64,000 nucleotides of DNA, taken from Parasitella parasitica NRRL 2501 (Eukaryota > Fungi > Mucoromycota). Made by a program: the position numbers and the translations under genes. The notes below the pieces were generated by a model. It searched no databases. It was not told the DNA's origin and saw nothing but the letters and a program-made list of their open reading frames with translations. Positions 24,400 through 37,828 of the stretch are shown piece after piece. The first letter of the stretch is position 1. Each line of letters starts with the position of its first letter. The stretch is taken from assembly GCA_025201805.1 (NCBI GenBank), contig MU619271.1:1-64000 (forward strand). Direction: 5' to 3'.

Positions 24400-25845
24400 T
24401 TAATATGGGTAAGCCAAGTAAAGATGATAATAAAAGTAATACAGTATCAAAATGTTGGTTACAGTTAATATATACTTACAAGGACGACACGATGTGGGCA
24501 TTATGTATACCAACTACATTTTTGGACATCGTGGCCTCAGCCATGAAGCCTGAACATCTTGACAAGACATTAAATCATTTGGGAGATCAATGCCTAACTG
24601 GGAGCACCATGAAGCTGCTTTAACCGATGGTTCGGGGAGAAATGGCTCAAGATCCCAAAGTGATAAAATCAATGTATGCACATCCAGTCCGAAATATCTC
24701 GTCAGGGAAGTATCAATGTTATCTTTAGATAAATTCAAATACTTGAGTAGTCAGAAGGAAATAGCAACACGTCAGTTTAAAATACTTTGCCACATTGACT
24801 GTTGTTGTCACTCGAGCTGTATACAGTTGATTTGACAAGAGTTTTTCATTGTGATTGTGCCATTGTTCTGAGGAAGCTTAAAATTACTCCATAATCACTT
24901 TTCTCTTAATTTAGTATACTCTAACACTGCAAAATCTATAAATGAATGCTATATTATTTTGCCAGCCCCTTCAAATGATCTCTTGGCAGACCATCGTTAT
25001 TATCTGAAGCCAAAGGAGATGGTTTAGAAACGTATTTCCCAACACTGATACCCGAGCCGATAGAAGCACACCCCCCAATCCACCAGCACTAATAAGAGAA
25101 TGCATAGTCTGCTGTAGTATGCTGCCCCCCCCCAAGGATCCCGCATCTTCTTCGTTGATGGTCCAGGTAGTACTGGAAAGACATTTGTGTTTAATGTACT
25201 CCTTGGTCGTGATAGACGAGAAGGTGATTTTGCGATTATTGCTATGGCCTTAAGTGAAACTGCTGCATTGTTGCTCAAAGGCGGACGTACTGCTCGCTCT
25301 ACCTTTAAGATACCTTTAGAGTTCACCAACGGTAGCGTGTACGACATTTCGCCCCGCTCTGACTAGCACCATTTAATCCAAAGAGCAAAAATTATTGCTT
25401 GAGATGAAATGCTCAATGATCAGCAAGGACTTTATAGCAACAGTTGGTCGCTCATTTCGCGAGTGCTTGAACAAAGCCAGCTTTTGGCCAGTGGTAGTCT
25501 CAATGCAATTGCGTACAAACATGAGCGTTTGACAGGCCCTTCGGACTGACAATTCAGGTCTTGCTAATGAACTTCAACAAGTTGCTGATTATCGACTTCA
25601 GGTTGGTCAAGGTACTGTTTCTACAGTTACTCTGCCCCAGAGGCATATCTTCAGATATTATCCAAATTCTCGAGGAGATGCTCATAGCTGGAGATAATTT
25701 GATTAATTTGATAAGAAGCATATCCTTTGATATTGCCACTGCGGCCAACAGTCTTGATTACTTTGCTGGGAGGGCTATCTTGACTGGGGAAAAAAAAAAC
25801 CAGAGATGTCAAGGTGATAAACAATATGCTCTTGGAGTGCATTGA
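24400..25845 (+). mobile_element. decayed Helitron (Rep/Pif1 helicase pseudogene)
   Basis: From ~25140: FFVDGPGSTGKTFVFNVLL...AALLLKGGRTARSTFKIPLE (Helitron Pif1 Walker A region), then LIQRAKIIA*DE (Walker B) and FAGRAILT..KNRDVKVIN. Many stops and frameshifts; boundaries approximate. Confidence 0.85.
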
Positions 25846-27027
25846 AGGGCGCGAAATTTAGTCAAGGGTACATTTACCGTAACGAAGAGAAGGCGAAAAT
25901 CGAACGTGGCGGTGTGATACAGCTCGTAGGTCTTTAAGAAAATGGTCAAAAATGAGGTATCGTAAAAGTTTAACTGCCCAAGATAAATTAGCTGTTTCGG
26001 GACAAAAGTTTCCAGCCAAGAATTTCCATAGGTTTGACTTCATCGGCACCCAACTAATGCCATGGTGGAAGTGCTAGTTTTGCATTTGGCAACAACGCCA
26101 AGGATGCATTTGAATCCATTATTTTCGTATTTGTAACTGTAAGCAAGGTCTTTTTCATGGCAATTCTTAAGAGTGCTAATGCGGGTCGACACTCAGCATT
26201 CATTCGACTCTGGAGATCATTTTACTTTGAACATATACCAAAAATCTCCAAGATTCTAGCGGTAGATGGATGTTCCACAACAACTCTATGTTGGAGCTAA
26301 AAGATGAGCTGCAGCGGTTAAAGATCACATACGCCAAACCAAGAAGGAAAGATACCGATTGTGACAACGAGGAGATTGATGACACTGACTTCAAGTACAA
26401 TGACCCAAAGCTGAACAAATGGAATAAAATGTACAACTCAACTTCCAAATATCAAAACTATACTGGGTCTGTTGTATCCATGAGCCATCTCAACTTTCTG
26501 ATCAAGATGCAACTGATGTAGGCGCTGCTGCTGGTGCCGCTGCCACTGTTGCGTTTACCACTGCAGCAATTTAGATTAATATATACGGTACTTTGGTGAC
26601 GCCTTTCTTGCACATGTACCTACAAACAAAATTTGAGGGATCAAAACTATACAAATGGAATACAAAACTATCTCTTTAACAGATAAAACATTTGACCAAA
26701 GGTAAAACATGATGTCTCTTTTGTGATGTTCCCGTAACATGTTCAGATATACATGTATACGAATAGAATAGAGTCTTTTGGATAAATGATATATCAGCCA
26801 TTGATGTTTATTTTCAACGCAGCGTGAGAGTGCAATTTGGGGTTGATTCAAATCTGCGTTCATTACAGAATTGTCTGGATTTCCCAACATGTGCCATCAC
26901 CGTCTTATTTTCAAAAAGCACACGTTCGATATACTCATTCAAAAAAGGGGCCCAAATACATTAAAAATCGAAACAATGAGGTTAAAAGAATATCACTGCC
27001 AAAATATAATTTATTTGCAAGAGACGT

Positions 27028-27671
27028 TTAGTTTTCATCTTCGACAACTTCGGTATTGAGACCTAGAGACAAAGTTTGTTTGGTCAGTAAACTAGTCGCT
27101 TCACAGATAGGAGGACCAAGGTCATTAGACAACTTGGCATATTTATACTCCAACCTCTTGCGCTCACTAACTGGCCGGAAATTCATGTTTGCAAGAGCTT
27201 ATTCTTGACCAGAATAAAAACCCTCAGTTTAAACATAAATTACGCGGAATCGCAGTGGGATAGATTGCCAAGGAGATGTAAACTAATAGAAATAGAGAAA
27301 AAAACCCTCCCCCCCCCTCCTCTTCTCCACTTACCCTTAAAGTCAACAGTAGGCACAAATGTAACATACGAATAGAGCTTTTCTTTGGCATCTTCATCGT
27401 CGTTACGCTTGCGGGCAATACGGACACGAATACGGTGGTCAGAATGCTTTACACCACGAGACCAGATAGCCTTGTTCAATGAGGGGTCAAGACGCACGTC
27501 TTTGGTACCCATAGCCTTCTGGGCAAAAGCCTTGACGGCCTTGATGGCATGGGGAGAACGCTTTCTCAAAGAGCGACCAAAGACATGCTTGTGCAAGTGG
27601 ATGGTGTATTCACGAGTGACAACATCAGCAAGAGTGGAACGCTTTTGAGGGGTAGCAGTAGACTTGGCCAT
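27028..27671 (-). CDS. RPL31: 60S ribosomal protein L31 (eL31)
   Basis: [13 protein letters not shown]...[16 protein letters not shown]...[10 protein letters not shown]; intron 27063-27334; last exon [11 protein letters not shown]. Confidence 0.97.
27130..27275 (-). ncRNA. candidate structured RNA element in the RPL31 intron
   Basis: Three 7-bp inverted repeat pairs, two nested inside the third, within an unusually long intron. No clear snoRNA boxes. Confidence 0.35.
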
Positions 27672-28311
27672 TTCAAGAGTATAATGGATGGATGGATGGA
27701 TTGCCTCGGTATAGGAATAAAAGAGAGTGAGAGACGAGACTCTACTTGCTCACTCCAAACTATTTCACCGTTTCAACTGGTGTTGAAATGTTGGTTGCGG
27801 CGGCGGTGGTGGTGGTCGTAGCACTGATACTAGCAGCCTTGGAAATCAAGGCCCTTGGTATTGTGTTCTTCAAATTAGGGTTATTGAGAGAAAGCTTAAA
27901 TCTGCTCTTTAGGCAGGTTTAAAAAAGAAATACGCCCAGCTACTATGGCCAGCACTAGAAATCAGCTGCATTTACTGTATTAAAATTACTTGTTGAGCAG
28001 AAAGGCATACGCCCATTGCAGCTGCTTATGGTGCTTGCTTGCCGCTCGCAAAGCAAGGCGAAATTAGCCCTCATCTGGATCCAACCTCCAAAATATTGTA
28101 GAAACGACACGCCAAGTGGCTTGATTCAATGGCACATAGGCTGCCCATTGGTATACAAGGATGGTTGATTAGCGCATCATCTTTTATCATTGGCCCCTTC
28201 TAGGCGTGTCCCAGAAACGCCAAAATTTTGAATCATCTCTGTTTGCACAAGTTTGTGACCCTTCTTGTGGGCCTTTCTTTTTTTTGCTTTTATTTCACTC
28301 TACTTTTCTGC

Positions 28312-30908
28312 ATGTCTACGAACCTTCGACAAAGACGTGTCGAGTCTGAAGGAGCCTCAGAAAAGCTCTCAGACGTTGATTTTGATGACTCTAAAAAGGT
28401 AATGTATTTACTGTGGCGATTTCCGTAACGCTCCAGCCTTAACGGACAAGACAGTATGGAAAGGACTCTACGCCTAGTCAGCGTTGTCCTCAGGGCCACT
28501 ATGCTGCCTGTGCTCTGCTGTTAGTCATTGCTACGTTTACTACATTCTACAAGATTTGGAACCCTGCAGAAGTCGTGTAAGTCGCTTTTTTCCTTTGCTG
28601 ACAAGGTTAGAACTCTCCCCCCTCTCCCCCACTCAACAAACACATCATGTAATAGATTTGATGAAGTTCACTTTGGCAAGTTTGCTGGTTACTACCTGAA
28701 AAGAACTTATTATTTTGATGTACACCCTCCGTTGGCTAAACTGATGATTGCGGGCGCTGGCTACCTTTTAGGGTTTGACGGCCAGTACGATTTTGCAAAC
28801 ATTGGCGACAGCTACATTGATCACCACGTCCCTTACATTGGTCTCCGCGCTCTGCCCGCAACCCTCAATGTAATTTGTGTTGCTTTGATGTATGGGATCA
28901 TGAAGGAATCGGGCTATTCATTGGCCATATGTGTCTTGACAACTGCCATGTACGTCTTTGATAACGCCATGGTCACCCAGAACAGGCTGATCTTGCTGGA
29001 CAGCATGCTGCTTGTGTTCATCTTGGCCACTGTATATAGCTATATTCAGTTTAGAAAGTTGAGGCACAAATCGTTCTCTGTAGAATGGTGGGGCTGGTTG
29101 TTGGCAACTGGCGTTTTCATGGCATTCACTGTGAGGTTGGTAGTGGTTTTTTTTTTTGGTCAAGTATATGTATACAGGGTTTTTGACATGCTGTTGCTTT
29201 TTCTTTTTTATGCAGCGTCAAAATGGTGGGCCTTTTTGTGGTCGCATTGATTGGGTTTTCGGTTATCTACGACCTGTGGATGCTTTTAGATATCAAACGT
29301 GGATTAACCATGGTAATGCGCTGTGAGCAAAACTATTGCCAAGACAACATGATTTATACTGACATGCACCCTCGGTTAGAATCGATTTATGAAGCACTTT
29401 TACGCTCGCGCTTTCAGTCTCATCTTTGTTCCTATTGTCATCTATTTATTTTGGTTCTATGTTCATTTTGCCATCCTCATTGAATCAGGCCCTGGCGATG
29501 CCTTCATGACTACAAGGTTTCAAGACACCCTCAAAAATAGCCCATTGAAAATGTCTGCGCTGGAAATTTATTACGGCGATGAAATCACCATGAAGCACAA
29601 GGACACCAACTCTTATCTTCACTCTCATGATCTCCACTACCCGTTGAGGTACGAAGATGGCCGTGTCAGCAGCAAAGGGCAGCAAGTTACTGCTGTCATG
29701 GAGCCCAACGAAAACTGCTACTGGCGCATCAAGCCTACTACGCCTTCAGAGGATGACCAACAAGAGCCTCGCCCTGTCAAGAATGGTGACATTATTCAAT
29801 TAGAACATGTAGTTACCGGCACCAACTTGCTGACCCATGACGTCGCATCACCATGGATGCCTACTAATGAGGAAATCACTACCGTTCCCTTGGATACTAG
29901 ATACGAAGAAACGCTTTTCAAGATTATTTTCGACGACGACGATGCCGAGATATTCGAAACGCACATGGTATCTTTCCGTCTTATACATGAGGACACCAAG
30001 GTAGCTGTTTGGGTTCACAACAAAAAGCTGCCGGAATGGGGGCTGGGACAGTTGGAGGTCAATGGCAACAAGAACGCTATCGGCAAGACCAACTACTGGA
30101 GTGCTCAGGAGATCAAGGGCAAAAATGCCACTGAAATCAACGCCACCAAGAATGCCAAAGAGCTGGGCCATATGCCTTTTATCAAAAAGTTCTTTGAGCT
30201 GCAAGGACGTATGCTCTCGCACAACGCTGGCTTGACCAAACCTCATCCCTATCAATCGACTCCCATTACGTGGCCATTTATGATTCGTGGCGTGTCGTAC
30301 TGGTCCAAGGAAGAGACCCGATCTCAAATTTACCTGACTGGCAACCTGTTTGGCTGGTATTTGTCTGTAGGAGGCATTGCCGTTTTTGCTGGCATCATGT
30401 TGGCGGATGTGCTGGCTCGCCGTAGAGGCATCGATCCCATCGAGGAGCCCGTCAGACATCGTTTGTTGCAAAGCGTCGGCTTTTTCTTTGTCGGCTGGGC
30501 CTTGCACTACTTTCCCTTTTTCCTCATGGGCCGATCACTCTTCCTCCATCATTACTTGCCTGCTGCCACCATCAACTACCTGCTGCTGGGCGCAATGTAC
30601 CAGTTCATTTTTATAGATGGCATCGATTCTCCCGTCTCCTTTTTGAGCCGCAAGAGTAAATTGACCCGCCAAACAAGCATGAAAGCTGAAGTTTCATGGA
30701 AGGTGTATGTTGCTGTTGGCGTCACCCTTGCTTTGCAGATTGCAATGTTTGTATATTTGGCCCCTTTGACTTATGGCACTCCCTTGACAGTCGAAGAGGT
30801 GCAAAATCACCAGTTACTGAATGGATGGAAGCTCCAATATGGTAAGTTGCGATAGACGTTTATTTAAAATGACGCAAATACATCTAACAAGAGTGAATAG
30901 CTAAATAA
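28312..30908 (+). CDS. PMT4: dolichyl-phosphate-mannose protein O-mannosyltransferase, Pmt4 subfamily
   Basis: FDEVHFGKFA, FDVHPPLAKL, MIR domains with RYEDGRVSSKGQQVT, LFLHHYLPA; micro terminal exon gives YAK*. Confidence 0.93.
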
Positions 30909-30965
30909 CCTCTTTTTCATCATATAAAAATGACATTTCTCACATCATCTACAACTATTTCAATT

Positions 30966-31009
30966 ACTACTACAACCACTTCTACTACTATTACTACTAC
31001 TACTACTAC
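30966..31009. repeat. imperfect (CTA)n microsatellite
   Basis: Directly visible in the PMT4 3' region. Confidence 0.8.
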
Positions 31010-31134
31010 ATTTATAAAATAAACCTTCTTTATTACAGTCACTTGAATTTGTGTACAACGATAACAGAGCATTTGCAGTTATTCCTCTTTTTTCTTGTTC
31101 TTGTTCTTATCTGTTTTCTAAATACATACATAAC

Positions 31135-32301
31135 ATGGCCACAAGAAGTAGGACTTTGCTGTTTCTCCAATATAGAAATTCGTATGCAAGGACGCAGGGC
31201 TCTGCTCCTCACTTTTCTGCTGGTTTATCCGAGACGGAAGGGCTAATAGAGAGCTCGGACACCGTAATTGAAATGTCGGTGCTACCTCCAAAGTGGTTCG
31301 TGTGATGGATATCTCTGCACTAACCACGCATCTAGTAACTCTAATTTAGGGTCGATATTGTAGACGAAGTGGACGAGGCATTGGACGTAGTCAGAGATAA
31401 AAGTATAGGGGTTTTTTTTTTTTTTTTTTTTTGCATACATGCTGATTTTTCGTGTATAACTTAATGAGCAAAATTCATAGTAACCAAGCTGGAGGGAATG
31501 CATCGGAAACATTTGCTACCAGGATTCAATGACAGGACATCAGACGAAGCAGCAATCAATAAACTAACACAGCAAATCACTGACGTAACAAAGCCATACA
31601 TACCCAGCCGAGAAACTAGGACTAAACAGCCATTTTGCATACAATTAGGAATTTTATCGCATCAAGCGTGACATTCAGCGTATTCGAGTGGGAGCGAACG
31701 ACTCGGACCAGGATGACATGTTGGCCAGGAACATCCAAACCAGCTTGGCGACAAAAGTGCAGGACGTATCCTCGAGTTTCAGAAAGCAGCAATCTTCATA
31801 TCTACAGAGTAAAACAAACGTAACATGCAATTTTACACTTTGCTGGTCGCTCATATTCATCTACTAGAGCTGCAAGGCCAAGAAAACCGCAAAGCGGATA
31901 TTTTGGGCCTAGAAAATGACCTCAGCTACGAAGCAGCCGAGCTTTTACTAGACGAAGATGCACAATTAGGCTTTACAGAATCCCAGCTGGCAGTGTTGGA
32001 GTCCAACAATGAGACGATCGATCAACGAGAAAGAGAAGTGAATCAGATCGCAAAATCAATACATCAGCTGGCCGAAATCTTTAGGGATCTGCAGACGTTA
32101 GTTATTGATCAAGGATCCATGCTGGACAGAATCGACTATAATATCGAGCAAACCAATGTGCAAGTGAAGGATGCAGTGGTCCAATTAGATAAAGGCGCTC
32201 ACTACCAAAGCAAGACTCGAAAGCGCAAACTGATGCTGCTTTTGATCTTGGCCATCATGCTACTCATTGTCATATTAATTGTAAAGCCCAAGAGGCGATA
32301 A
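31135..32301 (+). CDS. TLG2: t-SNARE Tlg2/syntaxin-16
   Basis: N-peptide MATRSRTLLFLQYR, LPPKWVDIVDEV, SNARE motif IDQGSMLDRIDYNIE and a C-terminal TM helix. Confidence 0.93.
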
Positions 32302-32351
32302 ACCGCATACATGTATACACACCATAAAATTCTATATCCCCCTCTCCTTCC

Positions 32352-32486
32352 NNNNNNNNNNNNNNNNNNNNNNNNNNNNNNNNNNNNNNNNNNNNNNNNN
32401 NNNNNNNNNNNNNNNNNNNNNNNNNNNNNNNNNNNNNNNNNNNNNNNNNNNNNNNNNNNNNNNNNNNNNNNNNNNNNNNNNNNNNN
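32352..32486. other. assembly gap
   Basis: Run of N. Confidence 0.95.
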
Positions 32487-32589
32487 CGCATGATATCAGT
32501 ACGCATCGATCTTGTTGGCAACAGCTCACACCAGCGCCTCACGTTTACGTCATGATGTGGGTGCCCCAGCCATTGTGGCCGATTTGACA

Positions 32590-35500
32590 ATGCATTTTGT
32601 TCTATTAAAAAGGCTGCAGTTACTAGATTTCTTTCCCGTTTCCTTTTCTTCTCCTGTATACATGTGTTTTTACTGTGGCGACCAATTTCGATTAAACATT
32701 GCGCATGTCAACTAGTAACAGCAACAACCCAATTGTGGTATGATTTACTTCAATGCCTTTCACGTCTGCAGAATTGCCACGCTTAATCTGTTGTTCAACA
32801 TGTAGGCAGTACAAGATCTAGACGCTACTGCTGCTGGACCAACTTCTCCAGGTAGGTTCTCAATTACTTTCATTTCTTCTTCTTTTTGTCCTTTTACTAA
32901 AAGACTCTCGTCCTGGTTACAGATAACGTTGCACCTCAAGATGATACCCTCTGCGAAATGCCCACCGGAAACACCCATCGACCAACGGCTGGATTGACAC
33001 GAAATCTATCTGAAATGTCAATCGAGTGTAGGACCGCAAATGATGGTCGTGAGCCGTCTTTGGACGATGAAATAGTCAATGACAGCCTGTCGAATAGATT
33101 GTTGATTGAAGCCAAAGTGAGAAACGTGTTTGAATTACCCCAATCCGAAACACTCGTCAATGGTAAGGTATTGGCTGCTTAGGGGGTTTTTTTTTTATTG
33201 TTTGGGTTATTTAACAATTCGGTTCAATAGAATTTCCATGCTACATGATACGATTGGTCACATTGCCTGGATGGATGTACATTACTGATCATCATATTTG
33301 CTTCTATGCTTCTCTACCTGGGAAAAAGGTAACTATCGCCTACATATTGCATTTTTACACTATGAGCAAGCAGGCTTATGGATTTCTGCCCTAATCCATA
33401 GGAGGGCCCACATAAAGCAGGTTATCTGTCAAAAAAGAACCACGTTACTTCGCCTCGCACCTACCGCTACTATTTTGAACTTCGAAACCACGTCTTGTCA
33501 TGGTACGCATCAGCCGAGACAAAATATTCGCCATTGAACAGCGTAGACTTGAAATGCATCGTCAAAATCGAGCCGTCCAAGTTGAAACGATTTGGTATTC
33601 GTTTGACCACCAATTCGCACAGCCATTTCACCATTGTGGCCGATTCCCAAGTGTCGCAACACGAATGGCTGGATGAGTTACGGAAGGGCGTTTTCGTCGC
33701 ACAGCACGCTGGCAACAGTGTACGGATCGTGCTGCCCTTTTCAAAGATCATGACAGTGGATAAACCTTCGGTGTTCCAGTTTGCCGCCAACATTAGGATC
33801 AAATTTCAGGACGATTTGACGGACCCTGGTGCAACAGGAGAAGATGTAGGTTTTCGCATTGTGAATCATATGCTTTATATGCTTTGTATATATATACATA
33901 ATCTAATTTTGAAACAGTACTACTTTGCCTTTTTCCCAGATATCGAAGATGCGTATCAGGTTATCACAGATGCGTGGAAGAACAGCAGTGCCACCAACAG
34001 TGTTTCTCAGCGAAAGGTTAAAATAAAGACTACGGGCGCCAGTAAATCAACTACTGGTGCTGCTGGTGGAAGCTTTTTGAGCTTTGACAGCTTTTTGGAG
34101 AATATATCACCCGCTGCGTTACCAACGATGCTGATGGGCAAGTTGATGAGTGTTACAAATGCATTTCAGCAGCCATCAACTGCAACCAGCAGTAGCAATG
34201 CAGCCGAAGAGGATGAGTGTGTAGACGATGAGCATACGCAGCAACAACAACAACAACAACAACAACACAGCTCATCTCGGTTACCATCTGTTAGAATCCC
34301 TTACTTGAGCAGCAATACCAATGGAAAAACAAGAGATGATCCTGCTCCCACGCTGACAACTTCACCAAACGAGATGACCAATTCATCATTAGCAGCGAGA
34401 TTAAAACGGAATTCTCTGTTTTTCACTAAATCAAATACTATCAGCACAACGGGGGAATTGTCGCCAGATTCGCCTCCCAGTCAATCACCACCCTCGGCGA
34501 TAAACAATAGCTCGCAGGAATATTTTCGAGGGGCCGATCAGGCCGAGCTAGTTCAGCCAATTGCAATCAATAAATCAAGGCCACTTACAGGGCCCTATTC
34601 TCTCTCTAAAATACCCCGTGCAGTGACTGATGCCATCAAACATCAAGTGCTTCGAAGTGAGACAGCAAGCTCAAGTGTACCCGCTGGTGAGTCGCCACCC
34701 TCGTCTGCCTCCACTGCAACAGAGGAAGACCAATCCACGCCCAATAACAAGGCCAGCAACAGAAGCCGAAGCTCATCACTCAGCAACTTTAAACACCATA
34801 TATCTCCCTACTACCTATACAGCAAGATTAATGGAAACAGCAGCAATACCAGCGCCAGTAGCTTACCGGCGCCACATATATCCAACATGTCATTAATAAA
34901 CACAGCCACGGACTTATCTCTGGTCAATGACGCCGACTCTTTTTCGTCAGCCACGAACCAGGCATCCAAAGCGGGTGCTACTGTCAGCAAAAGACACAGA
35001 GCCAAGTCAATGGGAACCACGTTAATCTCGGGTACATTGAACAAGTTAACTCCTGGAAGCACAGACTACTATTTCCAGCAGCAGCATATGAATGAAAGTC
35101 AGCATAGACATCCCAAGGGGCCCATATGGCTGAGCGATAAAATGATTGAAGCGCTGGGAAAAGCCGCCAAAGCCGATGCAGCGAGTGCCCACTCTGATTC
35201 TCTGTCAGCAAGTTCAGCAAGTTCTGAAGACGACGAATGCAAGCCTACTTTGGATGCCCAAGCCCAAAAGTTTGCCGCTGCGACTGAGCCCAAAATCCGC
35301 CAAGAGGAGCAGCAGACCATCAATGAGCATTTGAATGCCAATTTCCCAATGCTACTCGAGACGGAAGACGCAGAAGCAGGTAATAAATGATGTGATTGTG
35401 CTAGTTCAGGGTTCCTTGACGTGTAAAAAAAAAAAAAATTGTGATAGTGATCAAGGCGTCTTTTTGGCGCACAATTCCTTACTCGGGAAAGATCTACATT

Positions 35501-37656
35501 ACAGACCATTACTTTTGCTTCAGCAGCAAGATATTGGCTGGCCAGCAAAAACTGATTGTACCTTGGCCTGATGTGATTCAGGTAAACAAAATTAGGACTA
35601 AAAGCTACTACCTGCTTTACGGAATGACTATGGTAGTAAAAGACATGGCCGACGAGGTATATAAATACAATATTCTACAATCAACACTAGCTTGTAGAGT
35701 AGTAATTTGCTTGCGTTACTGACATGAATGCCATAGATTTACTTGGATTTCTCTTCTGTTGAATCAAGAGATTATTGCTATTCGATCTGTGAATTGAAAA
35801 CAGAGGGTAAAGCCATACATGATGGGAGGTAGGCAGCTACAAAAAGACGTATGTACGAGTTTTTAGCTCACACCCGCCATTACCAAGCTCTATCTATTCA
35901 GAAGAATCCAATTCACTTTCTCTCAGCAGCTTACTTTTGGATAGGCCAGAGCATGTGGTCCCTCCTAGGGAATATGGCAAGTTGAATCAATCTTTATCAG
36001 TCCCAAACATGCTCTCACGTAATTTAATCCATTAGATGGGCCGCCACTGCTGTCAACTTCAGCTAAGCTGTCCAAACCAACAGAAGATAGCAAACGCCCT
36101 GAAAGAGCAATTCATTTTACATGTCTCACCATTGGATCCCGCGGAGATGTGCAACCTTATGTAGCACTATGTAAAGAATTACAAAAGGACGGCCACACAT
36201 GTCGAATCGCGACACATCCAGAATACGAAAACTGGATTACAGAGCACGGCATTGAATTTAGGTCTATTGGTGGCGACCCAGGAGAATTGATGGTATGAAA
36301 CTATGTTGGAATTTCGTGAGTTTGGTATTAAAGCTAATGATCACATAGAAATTATGCATTGATAATAGCTTTCTGTCTGTTTCTTTCATCAGAGAAGGCA
36401 CCAAATTCGTAAGTGTATTTTTTTTTCTTTTTATTTAGCGCAGTAGTGCCGTAGTATTGAATTGCGCATACAAAGTTTTATAGCTGGTTTGAATCTTTAC
36501 TAGAGTCATCGTACAAGGCGTGTCAAGGCACCGATGTTATTATCGAAAGTCCTAGTGCTATGGTTGGTGTTCATATGGCTGAAAAGCTGGGCGTGCCTTA
36601 CTTTCGCAGTATGCCGTTCCCTTTCACGAGGACAACTAAATTCCCGCATCCTTTTGCCAGCCAATCCACTGCTGGTGGACGCATTTATAACGACATGACC
36701 TATGTCATGATCGACATGGCCTTATGGACAGGCACGTCTAAATATGTGAATCGCTTCCGTCGCAACGTGCTTGGACTGCCTTCTACAAACCTGGACCGTC
36801 TGGAGTTATGGCGAGTTCCGTACATCTATTCATTCAGCCCGTCTGTTGTGCATCCGCCCAAGGATTGGCCCGACTACTATCATTGCACAGGCTACTGGTT
36901 CTTGGACAATCCTAACATGAAGTGGGAGCCAGACAAGGCACTGGTTGAGTTTTTGAGCAACCCAAGTGATGCTCGTCCGGTTGTCTACATTGGCTTTGGC
37001 TCTATCATTGTCCCTGATGCAGTAGAGACAACTCGGATAATTGTAGAGTCGGTTTTGAAGGCAGATGTACGAGCCATTGTCTGCAAGGGTTGGTCCGCCC
37101 GTATTACAACCGGCAGCAAGGCGTCGCACAGGAAATCAAGGTCTGTTGGCGATATGGAGGTCATCAAGCAAGAAGAGGCCGAACAAGAAGAGGATAGCGA
37201 AATGCTACTGGACCAAAATCCAGACACTATTTACCACATTGACTCTGTCCCACACGATTGGCTATTCCCGCAAATTCAGGGCGTAGTGCATCACGGCGGT
37301 GCAGGAACAACGGCGGCGGGATTAAGAGCCGGCTTGCCTACAGTCATCAAACCGTTCTTTGGAGATCAAAGATTCTGGGGCCAGCGTATTGAGGAGTTGC
37401 AAGTGGGAATCTGTTTGAATAAACTGACCAAAAATCATCTGATTGACGCGTTAAAGACGATTACTCAAAGTACAACCCTGATTGCAAAGGCAAACAAAAT
37501 AGGAGAAACAATACGAAAGGTGAGTGTTGCTTGTTGTAAGCTTTTTTAAAAACGTAATAATTCTCTAATTAAAACGCATGACAGGAAAATGGGCCACGAA
37601 ACGCAGTGGAGAGTATATATCGCGAATTTCAGTTTGCCAAGGACCAGAGATTGTAA
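32590..37656 (+). CDS. ATG26: sterol 3-beta-glucosyltransferase (GRAM-PH-GRAM-GT1); 5' end uncertain
   Basis: GRAM ([14 protein letters not shown]; [14 protein letters not shown]), PH domain, [49 protein letters not shown]; last exon [15 protein letters not shown]...*. Confidence 0.92.
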
Positions 37657-37828
37657 TTAAATCTGTGCTGATGAAATAAAATCTTTTATATACGTGGTGC
37701 ATTTGCATGCTACAGAGAGGAGGAAATAATAATATAATAATTATAACAAAGGAAAAGAGGCTGTTGTTTTCAACATTTCTTCATTTTTGCCAAAAAAAAA
37801 ATGGGCTATTGAACAATACCGTAGGTAT

